Source of the DNA: Candidatus Woesebacteria bacterium | GTDB taxonomy: Bacteria; Patescibacteriota; Microgenomatia; UBA8517 | Assembly: GCA_963784785.1 (NCBI GenBank) | Contig: CAWASW010000007.1 | Location: forward strand, 2,394-66,393 | Length of the DNA stretch: 64,000 nt | Direction: 5' to 3' | Part shown: in pieces, positions 50,520 to 59,637 of the stretch | Numbering within the stretch: position 1 is the stretch's first letter | Layout: each line of letters starts with the position of its first letter | Notes under the pieces: model-generated | The model's database searches: none | What the model saw: only the letters and a program-made list of their open reading frames with translations | Told to the model about the DNA's origin: nothing | Position numbers and translations under genes: made by a program

Positions 50520-51039
50520 AATAAAAAACACATGGCATAAATGCCATGGTTTTACCCCTTCTGTGGCATACTTTCCACTTGATTTTTAATGTATTTTTTA
50601 ACCTGGATGAAACTTGTTGCACCCACTGATTCTGCAAAGTAGCCATCAGACCAGAATGAGTCACCCCAAAGAAATTCTTCTAACTCTGGAAATTCTTTCC
50701 TTAAGATTCTTGATGAACCACCTTTCAGTTGGTTAACAACTTTTGAGATGGACAAGTTTGGTTGGATTTGTATAAGCATATGTACATGATCATGCAATAT
50801 TGTAATTTCTTCAATCCACCAGTTGTTAACCTCACATGCTTTGAAGAATAAGTCTTTAAGTCTTGTAGCTACTTTGCCACGTAATATCCTTTTTCTGTAT
50901 TTTGGTAAAAATACCAAATGAATCATAATTCTGTGCTTTGTGTGTGCACCATGCCAGTACTTTAACATTTCCCTCAAGTATGCCACAAACTATACTTGCT
51001 CCACCAGCCTAAAGGCTGGGGATTAATGTGCAGAAGATT
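50520..51039 (-). mobile_element. IS200-type insertion sequence, copy 2
   Basis: Same 520-bp sequence as 25319..25838 at a constant offset of 25201, with hairpins at 50531..50548 and 51004..51019. Confidence 0.8.
50552..50986 (-). CDS. tnpA: IS200/IS605-family transposase TnpA (identical second copy)
   Basis: 144-aa protein identical to 25351..25785. Confidence 0.85.
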   Translation of the reverse strand: MAYLREMLKYWHGAHTKHRIMIHLVFLPKYRKRILRGKVATRLKDLFFKACEVNNWWIEEITILHDHVHMLIQIQPNLSISKVVNQLKGGSSRILRKEFPELEEFLWGDSFWSDGYFAESVGATSFIQVKKYIKNQVESMPQKG

Positions 51040-51249
51040 TAATAGCACAAACGCCCCAACACCCCCCAATATGATGATCACTGCAACTTCCCATGCATGA
51101 AGTTTCGAATCATCATTCTTATCTTCATCTGCTTTTCTTACCATTTAGACCTCCTTGTCTAAATTACAAAAAAATTTTGTATCAACGCTTTTGGTTGAGT
51201 TGGGGTTATTATACTACAAAATTTTAGAAAAATAAACTATGGGGCGAAA

Positions 51250-51540
51250 TTAATTTACGTATACAATCTTTTGAAGATCCTCGATTTGGTCTGTATGTTC
51301 CCTGATTTTGTCTGACATCATTTCTCTTTCTTCATCGAATTTCTTAAATTGGCCTGCCAACGAATCTAGATGTGTCAACACTCTATCTAATTTACTATCA
51401 TTTCCAGCTATACCTTCTTTTAATTCACTCAACGTCTCGTCAACATCTGCAAATTTCGAATCCATTCTGATCCTCAGTTTTTCGACCTCGTTTCTAACAA
51501 AATTTTCTGTTGCAACTTCAGATTTTGATGGTGTTACCAT
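51250..51540 (-). CDS. hypothetical coiled-coil protein
   Basis: Start trimmed to MVTPSKSEV; acidic and helical. Confidence 0.35.
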   Translation of the reverse strand: MVTPSKSEVATENFVRNEVEKLRIRMDSKFADVDETLSELKEGIAGNDSKLDRVLTHLDSLAGQFKKFDEEREMMSDKIREHTDQIEDLQKIVYVN

Positions 51541-51594
51541 ATTTTTACTATATTCTTTGAAAACAATAGTGTCAATGATACAATACAAGAACTT

Positions 51595-51678
51595 GGTGCG
51601 GTGCTGGAATTGGTATACAGGTTAGTCTCAAAAACTAATGATGGCAACATCACGAGGGTTCGAATCCCTCCCGCACCA
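51595..51678 (+). tRNA. tRNA-Leu (anticodon CAA), type II with long variable arm
   Basis: Folded by hand: acceptor GGTGCGG/CCGCACC, D-arm CTG-GAATTGGTATA-CAG, anticodon stem TTAGT/ACTAA with loop CTCAAAA, variable arm GATG-gcaa-CATC, T-arm GAGGG-TTCGAAT-CCCTC, discriminator A. Confidence 0.85.
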
Positions 51679-51843
51679 CATGGGCACAAAGAGGACTCTA
51701 TAGAAAAACATTTAGTGTATTAATCATGAAGAAGTGTAATTACAAGCAACCGTATTTATTTTTTAAGAGAAGGAAAAATTAGATAAATTGAGGTAGTCCC
51801 CAAAAAAACTTTTGTTGGGGACTCTCAATCGTATAATATTTAT

Positions 51844-52092
51844 TTAGTCTTTGTGGAACATGTCCTTAAGCAATTTGATCAGAGATATGTCGGGGAGTTC
51901 GTAACTTTTTGTTACGGTGAGATACGCGCTTAAGGCAGTCGACACCAAAAGCGTCACCAGCAACATCCCCAGAGACACAACAACAAACCACATGTTTTTG
52001 AGGCATACCCCAACAAAAATGATCAATAACGCGGTCCCCACATACCTCCCCATCCCCTGAACGGGGTTCCATCTTCCGTTTCTGTTACTCAT
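51844..52092 (-). CDS. small membrane protein (82 aa)
   Basis: Two TM segments; unknown function. Confidence 0.35.
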   Translation of the reverse strand: MSNRNGRWNPVQGMGRYVGTALLIIFVGVCLKNMWFVVVSLGMLLVTLLVSTALSAYLTVTKSYELPDISLIKLLKDMFHKD

Positions 52093-52225
52093 TTCAAAAC
52101 TCCTTTGTTTCCATCCAATTGATTAGGTGGAAAACGAAAATAAATAATACGGTATCTTGTCAAAGGGCCCTAAAAACTGGTCCTGAATATTTATATATTA
52201 CTACTATGGGGCACATTTAGCAAGT

Positions 52226-53551
52226 TTAGGCTTTAGTATGCTTTGAGTCTCTTGAGAAGAACTTAATTCTATCTCCCTTAAAGAACAATGGAATTGAATG
52301 AAGTGCACCGTTTCTGTGTTTGGCAATATCAAGCATGATGTTTTCATTATTTTCATCATCTTCTTTCCATAAAAACATAACTATATCAGCATCCTGTTCA
52401 ATAGATCCCGACTCTCTTAGATCTGATAGTTGTGGTTTTTTAATATTTCTTGATTCAACCCCTCTTGATAACTGAGAAAGCGCAATTACAGGAACTTTAA
52501 GTTCTCTAGCCAAATTTTTAAGACCTTGTGATATTTCTGAAACTTCTTGTACTCTATTTTCCAAATTTCTAGAACGAGCAAGCTGCAAGTAATCAACAAT
52601 TATCAAGTCCAGTCCTTGTTCTACTTGAAGTCTTCTTGCCTTTGTCCTCATCTCCAAGATTGATAATGCTGGAGTATCATCGATATAAATTGGCGCTTCT
52701 GCCAAAATTCCCATAGCATTACTTAATTTTGTAAAATCATTCTCATCAAGCTTTCCGGTCTTGAGTCTCCACGCATCTATATCTGCCTCATTAACAAGAA
52801 GTCTATCTACAAGTTCTTCTTTACTCATTTCAAGCGAGAAAAATCCAACATGTTTTTTATTTACTACTGCTGCATGTTGAGCGATATTCATCGCAAGTGT
52901 TGTTTTTCCAACACCAGGACGAGCTGCTAAAATTATCAAGTTACTTTTTTGTAGGCCTGCGGTAGCATTATCAAGATCTATAAACCCAGTGGATACCCCT
53001 CTTAATCCTCCTTCTTGTTTATGCAGTTCATCTAGTCTGTCAAAACTTTCTGCAAGTGTGTCGCGTACTGAAGTAAAAGCTTTTTTAACATTTTTTTGAC
53101 TAAGTGAAAAAACTTCAGACTCTGCTTTATCAAGTAAATCAGCAGAAGACATACCTTCATCAAGCGAAAACTCCACAAGTCTTGAAGCGGCCTTCATCAG
53201 AGATCTCTTAACTGCTTGATCCTTAACAATTTTGCCGTAATGCTCAACATGGGCAGCAGTTGGAACTTTATTTGCAATATCAGTGAGGTATGAAGCCCCT
53301 CCAACTCTTTTTAAATCCTTTTGCTTTTTTAATTTTTCAGAAACAGTTAAAACGTCAACTGGGACTCTTTCTTCATAAAGAGAAAGAATTGCTTCATAAA
53401 TATCTTTGTGACGTTCGTCGTAAAAATCTTCAGGCAACAAAAATTCAGCTACAGCAATTACTGCATCTTTATCAAGTAACAGAGCGCCAAGAACGCTTGC
53501 CTCTGCCTCAGCTGAGTGGGGTGGAACCCTTAGGTTATTTAAATCTGCCAT
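52226..53551 (-). CDS. dnaB: replicative DNA helicase DnaB
   Basis: 441 aa with an N-terminal DnaB-N domain, Walker A GARPGVGKTT, and RecA-like C-terminal motifs. Confidence 0.9.
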   Translation of the reverse strand: MADLNNLRVPPHSAEAEASVLGALLLDKDAVIAVAEFLLPEDFYDERHKDIYEAILSLYEERVPVDVLTVSEKLKKQKDLKRVGGASYLTDIANKVPTAAHVEHYGKIVKDQAVKRSLMKAASRLVEFSLDEGMSSADLLDKAESEVFSLSQKNVKKAFTSVRDTLAESFDRLDELHKQEGGLRGVSTGFIDLDNATAGLQKSNLIILAARPGVGKTTLAMNIAQHAAVVNKKHVGFFSLEMSKEELVDRLLVNEADIDAWRLKTGKLDENDFTKLSNAMGILAEAPIYIDDTPALSILEMRTKARRLQVEQGLDLIIVDYLQLARSRNLENRVQEVSEISQGLKNLARELKVPVIALSQLSRGVESRNIKKPQLSDLRESGSIEQDADIVMFLWKEDDENNENIMLDIAKHRNGALHSIPLFFKGDRIKFFSRDSKHTKA

Positions 53552-53553
53552 TA

Positions 53554-54072
53554 TTAAGTACTTAGTACTATTACTTGGGCAGCGGAGTCCTCAATCAAAT
53601 CATCCTTCTTCACACTAAATTTATTCATCTTCTCAACGACTAAGCCGCTCTCTTTAAGGAACTTCTCCAACTCCTCTTCAGTTTTGTATCCAAATGGAAT
53701 TATGTAATATCCTTCTATTTGTTGAATCATTTCAATTGATTCTGCTGTAACTGGAACCAAAACAATATCTATATCACCAATTGCAGACACTTTGCTGTCT
53801 GACAACTTTTTAGTTATATTTCCTAAATGACAAATACGAAGATTATCAACTTCATAGACAAAAACTGTTCCTTCTTCAGTCTTGAAACCAATTACAGAAA
53901 TTCCTGCCACTTCATATTCCCCTGCAGTTTTGAATATTTTTGAATTAGATCCATCTAATGATTCCAATTTCAATCCGTTTGGATCAGTCAATGCGAATCC
54001 AGTTTTTCCTTTAATCTTAAATATTGAATCAGAAACTTTTGTGATTTCCATTTGTAAAGTCATTCTAACCAA
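53554..54072 (-). CDS. degenerate MBL-fold (UPF0173-like) protein coupled to dnaB
   Basis: Overall pattern (MEITKV...GFALTDP...DIDIVLVPV...) resembles UPF0173 metal-dependent hydrolases but lacks the HxHxDH motif; 172 aa. Confidence 0.3.
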   Translation of the reverse strand: MVRMTLQMEITKVSDSIFKIKGKTGFALTDPNGLKLESLDGSNSKIFKTAGEYEVAGISVIGFKTEEGTVFVYEVDNLRICHLGNITKKLSDSKVSAIGDIDIVLVPVTAESIEMIQQIEGYYIIPFGYKTEEELEKFLKESGLVVEKMNKFSVKKDDLIEDSAAQVIVLST

Positions 54073-54123
54073 TTAAGCATTTCTTGACAAGTAGAGAACA
54101 AAGAAGGTATATTAGCAAACGCA

Positions 54124-54945
54124 ATGCGAAAAGAAGTGCTCTATGCAGTCGTGGCAGGAATATCAATTGGACTTATTGCTGCTTTCGGTACATGGAGAAT
54201 TTCAAAACTAGTCAAAATTAAACCAACTCCTATAAACAAGATTGAGGTGCCAACCCCTAAAAATATTGATACTTTAACAATAGATGGATTAAAAAATTAT
54301 GATGTAGTAACAGATGATCCAATCATTAAAGGTCTGACATCTCCAGATTCGAGTGTTGTAATTTCTACCAATGATACTGACTATTACACAAAATCAAATA
54401 GTGAAGGGGAATTTGAAATTGCGATAGAAACTCCATCAGGTATGTCTGCTATCAAAATAAATGATCAAAAACTGATTTTAATTTATTCAACTGATGTTGA
54501 AACCAACAAAGTAGCTTATGTTGGGACGATTACAGATATTTCAGCTGAAACAATACAGGTCAGAGGAAACAAAGGTGAAATTTTACAAGTATCCACAAAC
54601 AATAGCACCAGATATATAAATAATTTAAGGAAAGATATTGAGGTCAAAATGACAGATTTAGCTATTGGAGATTACGTAGTTGCAATCGGTGATCAAGCTA
54701 CTAACAAAGTATTAACTGCTAACAGAATTTTAGTCGCTTCTCCCCTTGTAGACAATAAAATTGAAGTGCAAAGAATTACAATTGAAAAGATTACTAAGAA
54801 TGTAATAAATGACATCAAGCTTCCAGCTAAGTGGAATGGTCCTAATATCAAAGAGTTAGAAGTTGGAGAGGAAGTAATTTTAGTAGGAATAAGAGTGGAC
54901 GAAAAAACATACACTTTAAGAAGTATCTTCAAAACTGTAGAATAA
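54124..54945 (+). CDS. hypothetical secreted or membrane-anchored protein (273 aa)
   Basis: N-terminal signal anchor AVVAGISIGLIAAFGTW, then a beta-rich body. Confidence 0.45.
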   Translation: MRKEVLYAVVAGISIGLIAAFGTWRISKLVKIKPTPINKIEVPTPKNIDTLTIDGLKNYDVVTDDPIIKGLTSPDSSVVISTNDTDYYTKSNSEGEFEIAIETPSGMSAIKINDQKLILIYSTDVETNKVAYVGTITDISAETIQVRGNKGEILQVSTNNSTRYINNLRKDIEVKMTDLAIGDYVVAIGDQATNKVLTANRILVASPLVDNKIEVQRITIEKITKNVINDIKLPAKWNGPNIKELEVGEEVILVGIRVDEKTYTLRSIFKTVE

Positions 54946-55266
54946 TTCATATATGTTGTTGGTAGACAGAAAACTGTCAAAATTACTTTCCGAGTTCTTT
55001 CTTGATATTTCCAAGGCTTAGTTTATAGCTTCATTTATATCTCCTGTTTTATTGCAAGGTACAGGTATTGAAATTTTTACCTCTTTATTTAAAGGGGTAC
55101 TAAATGTTATATTTTATCTAGCAGTTTCTTATTGGCTAATCAGAAAATATTAATTATGAATTTTACCGAAATTTACAATTCAACAAGCTTATACTTTTTA
55201 ATTGCAGTAGTGGGCATAATTCTTTTGTTAAATCTTTTTTCAAAAACACCAGTTAAGATTAAAAAA

Positions 55267-55294
55267 TTGACAAAAAAGAAATTGTCAGTATAAT
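55267..55294 (+). promoter_or_regulatory. near-consensus sigma70 promoter
   Basis: TTGACA (55267-55272), 16-nt spacer, TATAAT (55289-55294). Confidence 0.5.
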
Positions 55295-55300
55295 ATGCAT

Positions 55301-55458
55301 ACATTTTAATACATCCGTTTTAAGTATCAGTCACGCGATACAAGGAGCCTCGCAAAATCGAGGACGCAGGGAAAAGCGTAAACAGATTCCAACCATTGTC
55401 ACCGCAAAGTAGAGATGGAAAATTAAAATAATTTTAAGACGCGGCAAGCGTCTTTTTT
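55301..55458 (+). ncRNA. candidate small RNA (about 155 nt; possibly extends to the second terminator at 55534)
   Basis: Starts about 7 nt after the -10 box. GC-rich relative to surroundings, with internal hairpins (CCTCG-caaaat-CGAGG). Ends in the intrinsic terminator GACGC-ggcaa-GCGTC-TTTTTT (55438..55458). No convincing ORF. Identity unknown. Confidence 0.35.
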
Positions 55459-55507
55459 CGTCCATAGGGACGATCGGCCTCGGACTGATGTTTTAACCAG
55501 TATCTCT

Positions 55508-55534
55508 CGTTTGTATGACAAACGGGATTTTTTT
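55508..55534 (+). terminator. second intrinsic terminator
   Basis: CGTTTGT-atg-ACAAACG followed by GGATTTTTTT. Confidence 0.5.
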
Positions 55535-55562
55535 ATGGCGAAGCCTCAAGCTTTACTTATTT

Positions 55563-55635
55563 GGTAGGGGTAGTGTAATTGGAAACACGCAGGCCTGTGA
55601 AGCCTGAATCGGGGGATCGTTTCCCCTCCCCTACC
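55563..55635 (+). tRNA. probable tRNA-His (anticodon GTG) with G-1 and a non-canonical T-loop
   Basis: Folded by hand: G-1; acceptor GTAGGGG/CCCCTAC; D-arm GTGT-AATTGGAA-ACAC; anticodon stem CAGGC/GCCTG with loop CTGTGAA; T-arm GGGGG-ATCGTTT-CCCCT; discriminator C. Positions 54 and 58 read A and T instead of T and A. hisS lies 1.5 kb downstream. Confidence 0.5.
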
Positions 55636-55636
55636 C

Positions 55637-55951
55637 ATGAAGAAAGTAAACAATATGAAAGAAATATGTATGGAAGAAAATATAAATGCCAATGACTTAT
55701 TTGGGCGCCTTTTAGAGCGTCAACTGTTTCCATGGGAAAATAACAGAATTACGATTTATCAATCAATCTCAGAAAGTTCTCAAATTGAAACTCAATATAC
55801 AATAGATAAACTAAAACAGTTTTCTAATATCAAGGCAGACGATGTGATTAACAAAATAAGAGGAAGATCGGAGAGTTGGGGCTACAATAAATACTTGGAC
55901 CATTTATGGCTCTTTGCGATTCCTCACTTGAGGACTTTTCAAAGAACCTAA
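55637..55951 (+). CDS. hypothetical protein (104 aa); start abuts the tRNA-His 3' end
   Basis: ATG at 55637 immediately after the tRNA discriminator. It overlaps the next ORF by 46 nt in another frame. Confidence 0.35.
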   Translation: MKKVNNMKEICMEENINANDLFGRLLERQLFPWENNRITIYQSISESSQIETQYTIDKLKQFSNIKADDVINKIRGRSESWGYNKYLDHLWLFAIPHLRTFQRT

Positions 55952-56829
55952 GCCAATTAGACAAAGTTGACGAATCTTCAGACGAAGGTAGATATTGGAT
56001 TGTTAAAAATCTAGCATTCGAAACCAAGAGATTATCAAAACAAAAGGAAGATAGCACAAAAGAGTTTGAAAGATATCGAAAGGAAACCATAAATTCGAAA
56101 GTAAATACATTAAAAGCAACACCATCGGATGATAGTTATCGCGATGAATTTAATAGAATTGTCTGTACAATAGCTGATGATTTGAAGGTTAGTTTGCCGG
56201 AAGCCGAATTGATTGTAAAAACAGAAATTGAAAATAATGTCACAGAACAAGATATTAAGGAATATATATTTAACTCCTTATCTGAAAGAAAACTTAAACA
56301 ACTAAAGGCGACTTTACAAAAAAATATTCAAAAATTAGGCGATCCCAATAAGGCACTTACCTTAACTTCTATTCAGTTTGAAATTGACAAAATAAAAACT
56401 GACAATATTTGGGGTTCTGATAAATTTGAAAAAATAATGCTGAATGGTTTAAAAGGTGAAAATATAAACTTAATGACAATGCTTTGTCTAATTAATCAAT
56501 TTGATTATAATGGCGGGTATCAATCAATTTCTGATTTGAATGCGTATCTCGAAAATCCAAAACTTGAGGCAATTCCACTAATTATAAATGAGATGCTATT
56601 ATTACCTAATTTTCTCCAATTTTATGGAATTAAATCTAATCTAACAATTTATATTGCTGATACAGACTATACTGAAATTGGTGAATTTGGACCAGTTAAC
56701 GATAGAAATGTAAAAAATATTCAGTTGTATATCAAAAATGTACAAAATTATCTAACCAACACGAGAGGCGTCGTGGTTTTACCTATCTCACAAATTACAG
56801 ATAACAACAAATTCAATAGTAATCAGTAA
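55906..56829 (+). CDS. hypothetical protein (307 aa), possibly the downstream part of a frameshifted gene
   Basis: Long Lys/Asn-rich ORF with no recognisable motif. Confidence 0.4.
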   Translation: MALCDSSLEDFSKNLSQLDKVDESSDEGRYWIVKNLAFETKRLSKQKEDSTKEFERYRKETINSKVNTLKATPSDDSYRDEFNRIVCTIADDLKVSLPEAELIVKTEIENNVTEQDIKEYIFNSLSERKLKQLKATLQKNIQKLGDPNKALTLTSIQFEIDKIKTDNIWGSDKFEKIMLNGLKGENINLMTMLCLINQFDYNGGYQSISDLNAYLENPKLEAIPLIINEMLLLPNFLQFYGIKSNLTIYIADTDYTEIGEFGPVNDRNVKNIQLYIKNVQNYLTNTRGVVVLPISQITDNNKFNSNQ

Positions 56830-57192
56830 AAAAAGATATCTCTGAAAAAGTAAAGAGCTTTAAGGACTATGACTTTCAAGAGAATGGTATCAAAAATTCG
56901 AAGACGACGTTGAAAAAGATTTTGAAAGTCAAACAAAGAGAAAGATATTCTCAAAGGAAGAAATGAGACAAAGATCTTTGAACTAACGAAAAGTATTTTG
57001 GGCATGCAACGCAGCACAAGGTGCGGTATTTGGGACAATTGGTCAAAATACAATCCTAGTTAGTACTGGAGAAGAAAGAGATGTAAATTACACAATCGAT
57101 AAAAGATCAAGAGAAAATTTCCCTCCAGTTCTATATATTCTAAAGGCAGCAGAGAACTGGAACAGAAAGATCGTTCAAAAACAAACATAAAG

Positions 57193-58434
57193 ATGCTAAA
57201 ATTAGATATGTCAAATAACAAAATACAGACATTAAAAGGATTTAGAGATTTTTTGCCTCAAGACGCATTGAAGCGTCAGTGGCTAAAAAATAAACTTGTA
57301 GGAATCTTTGAAATTTGGGGATATGATCCAATGGAAACGCCAACTCTCGAACCCTTAGAGATTTTTAAAGGTCAGGTTGGTGAGGATGAAAAATTATTTT
57401 TTCAATTTGAAGATCAAGGTGGAAGAAAAGTTGCCCTTCGTTATGACCAGACAATTCCAACCTGCCGTGCAATTGGGCAATATTCTAATGAGCTTATTAT
57501 GCCTTTTAGAAGGTATCAAATGCAAAGTGCATTTAGATCCGAAAAACCACAAAAAGGAAGATATCGAGAATTTTTACAATGTGATGCTGACATCTTTGGG
57601 ACATCTTCTCCCCTTGCAGATGCAGAGGTGATAGCATTATCGCTTGATATATACAAAAGGCTTGGATTTAAAAAGGCTGTTGTTTTAATTAACGACAGAG
57701 AATTGTTAAAGGATTTGCCATATGAAGCGATAGTTTCAATTGATAAATTAAAAAAGATTGGAAAAGATGGAGTTATTTCTGAAATGATTGCAAAAGGAAT
57801 TGATAAAGGTAAAGCAATCGAATATTTTGATTTTGTAATGTTACTTAAGCCAAACGAAAGAATTAAATTTATATTAGATTATTTGAAAAATTATGGTTTT
57901 AATGAGAATTGGTATAAATTCGAACCAACTTTGGCAAGATCCTTCTCATATTCATCAGGTCCTATATGGGAAATTGAAATACCTGATTCTTCTGGTGGAT
58001 CAGTTTTAGGCGGTGAAAGATATGACAATATAGTTAAAGAAATATCAGTAGTTGACGTACAAGGCACTGGATTTGCAATCGGATTTGACAGAACTCTCGA
58101 AGCCTTGGAAGAATTGGGGCTATTGCCTGATTTAAAAACTAACTCAAACGTTTTAGTTACAATCTTTAATAAGGATTTACTTAGTGAGTCTATCAAAGCA
58201 CTTAGAGTTTTAAGAGAAAACAACATAAACACAGAACTATATCCTGATCAAAATGTAAAACTTGAAAAGCAATTAAAGTATGCTGACAAAAAACAAATCC
58301 CATATGTAATTATTATTGGCCAGGATGAAGCTTTGAAAAATTTAGTAACGTTAAAAAACTTGCTGACAAAAGAGCAAAGACAAGTTACTATTAATGAAGC
58401 ATGCAAATTACTCCTCGAATCAAAGCCTATTTAA
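57193..58434 (+). CDS. hisS: histidyl-tRNA synthetase
   Basis: 413 aa with class II motifs (FRDFLP, RYDQTIP, GGERYD) and a C-terminal anticodon-binding domain. Confidence 0.9.
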   Translation: MLKLDMSNNKIQTLKGFRDFLPQDALKRQWLKNKLVGIFEIWGYDPMETPTLEPLEIFKGQVGEDEKLFFQFEDQGGRKVALRYDQTIPTCRAIGQYSNELIMPFRRYQMQSAFRSEKPQKGRYREFLQCDADIFGTSSPLADAEVIALSLDIYKRLGFKKAVVLINDRELLKDLPYEAIVSIDKLKKIGKDGVISEMIAKGIDKGKAIEYFDFVMLLKPNERIKFILDYLKNYGFNENWYKFEPTLARSFSYSSGPIWEIEIPDSSGGSVLGGERYDNIVKEISVVDVQGTGFAIGFDRTLEALEELGLLPDLKTNSNVLVTIFNKDLLSESIKALRVLRENNINTELYPDQNVKLEKQLKYADKKQIPYVIIIGQDEALKNLVTLKNLLTKEQRQVTINEACKLLLESKPI

Positions 58435-59360
58435 TGCTTCTTGTAGTCTCAGTTATTTGGGGTGTAGCTTCACCTGTAATTAAATTTACACTAGAGGGAT
58501 TTTCTGCTCCAGTTTTCTTAGCATATAGGTTTGGAATTTCTACAATATTGGCAATAATCATTTTTGCAATTAATGGAATACATTTACCTAAGGATCCTAA
58601 ACTAATTTTTCTTGTTATTCTTTATGGATTTTTAAATTCAGTGGTTTCCCTTGGTTTTTTGTTTTTTGGTATGGAAAATACTTCAGTTCTTGAAGCTGGG
58701 TTAATTACAATGTCTTCCCCATTAATAGTCTCGACCGCAGGTGTTTATTTTCTACATGAACATATTACAAAAAGAGAAAAGATTGGAATGGGAATTGCCA
58801 TTCTAGGAACTGCCTTGACAATAGTTGGTCCGCTTTTAACAAACGGCCATAGTGAACTAAAATTTACTGGTAACCTAATGGTTTTTGGTTACGTCGTTTC
58901 GACGCTTGTGACAACGCTATTGGTCAAAAAGTTACTTAAAAAAGAAGTTAATCCAATGACTATTACAAACATATCTTTTATCGTTGGTTTTGTTTGTTTT
59001 GCCCTGTTTGTTTTGAATAACTATTCATCTAATTATCTAATTCAACTAATTACTAAAACTCCAAGTGGTTACCACTTAGGAGTTTTCTATATGGCCATTA
59101 TTTCAGGTACCCTTGCCTTTTGGCTCTCCAACAAAGCTCAGAAATCAATTGAAATTGGCGAACAGTCACTTTTTTCATATTTGTATCCTATTTTTTCATT
59201 ACCACTAGCTGTAATCTGGCTTGGAGAAAGAATAATGCCAGTTCACATAATTGGAGGAATTATAATAATAATTGGAGTAGCCATTGCCGAGATTAAAAAG
59301 AAAAGGTATAATACAATCTCTAAATCATATGAAAGCAGTAATTCATCCAAAATGGTTTAA
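58401..59360 (+). CDS. EamA/DMT-superfamily transporter (10 TM)
   Basis: 319 aa with a duplicated EamA-type 5-TM repeat. Confidence 0.65.
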   Translation: MQITPRIKAYLMLLVVSVIWGVASPVIKFTLEGFSAPVFLAYRFGISTILAIIIFAINGIHLPKDPKLIFLVILYGFLNSVVSLGFLFFGMENTSVLEAGLITMSSPLIVSTAGVYFLHEHITKREKIGMGIAILGTALTIVGPLLTNGHSELKFTGNLMVFGYVVSTLVTTLLVKKLLKKEVNPMTITNISFIVGFVCFALFVLNNYSSNYLIQLITKTPSGYHLGVFYMAIISGTLAFWLSNKAQKSIEIGEQSLFSYLYPIFSLPLAVIWLGERIMPVHIIGGIIIIIGVAIAEIKKKRYNTISKSYESSNSSKMV

Positions 59361-59637
59361 AGAATGCAAGGTAACTTGTGCTTGTGGCAATGCATTTACA
59401 ACAGGAGCTACCACAGAATCAATTTACGTTGAGGTCTGTAGTAAATGTCATCCTTTCTACACTGGACAAATGAAATTCTTAGATACTGCAGGAAGAGTTG
59501 AAAAGTTCAAAACAAGAATTACTTCTGCTTCTACCAAAAATGTAAGTAAAACTGACAAAAGAAAGATGAAAAGAGAGAAGAAAATTCAAGCAGAGCTTGC
59601 AAGGCCAGAAACACTTGCTGCACTTAGAAATGCTTAA
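59329..59637 (+). CDS. rpmE: 50S ribosomal protein L31
   Basis: [26 protein letters not shown]...[12 protein letters not shown] is the L31 signature; start trimmed from 59284 to the ATG at 59329. Confidence 0.8.
   Translation: MKAVIHPKWFKECKVTCACGNAFTTGATTESIYVEVCSKCHPFYTGQMKFLDTAGRVEKFKTRITSASTKNVSKTDKRKMKREKKIQAELARPETLAALRNA

Noticed and set aside
50383-50664. 93-aa ORF overlapping the IS200 copy-2 right end and tnpA 3' end
   Set aside because: It reads through the IS subterminal hairpin and overlaps tnpA, and the identical region in copy 1 has no equivalent ORF; it is a chance ORF.
51308-51625. 105-aa plus-strand ORF overlapping the tRNA-Leu 5' half
   Set aside because: It overlaps the hand-folded tRNA and is antisense to the 51250..51540 gene; spurious.
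59284-59328. N-terminal extension of L31 ([15 protein letters not shown]) suggested by the ORF track
   Set aside because: L31 proteins begin at MKxxIHP. The upstream segment overlaps the EamA transporter gene end, so the internal ATG at 59329 is used.
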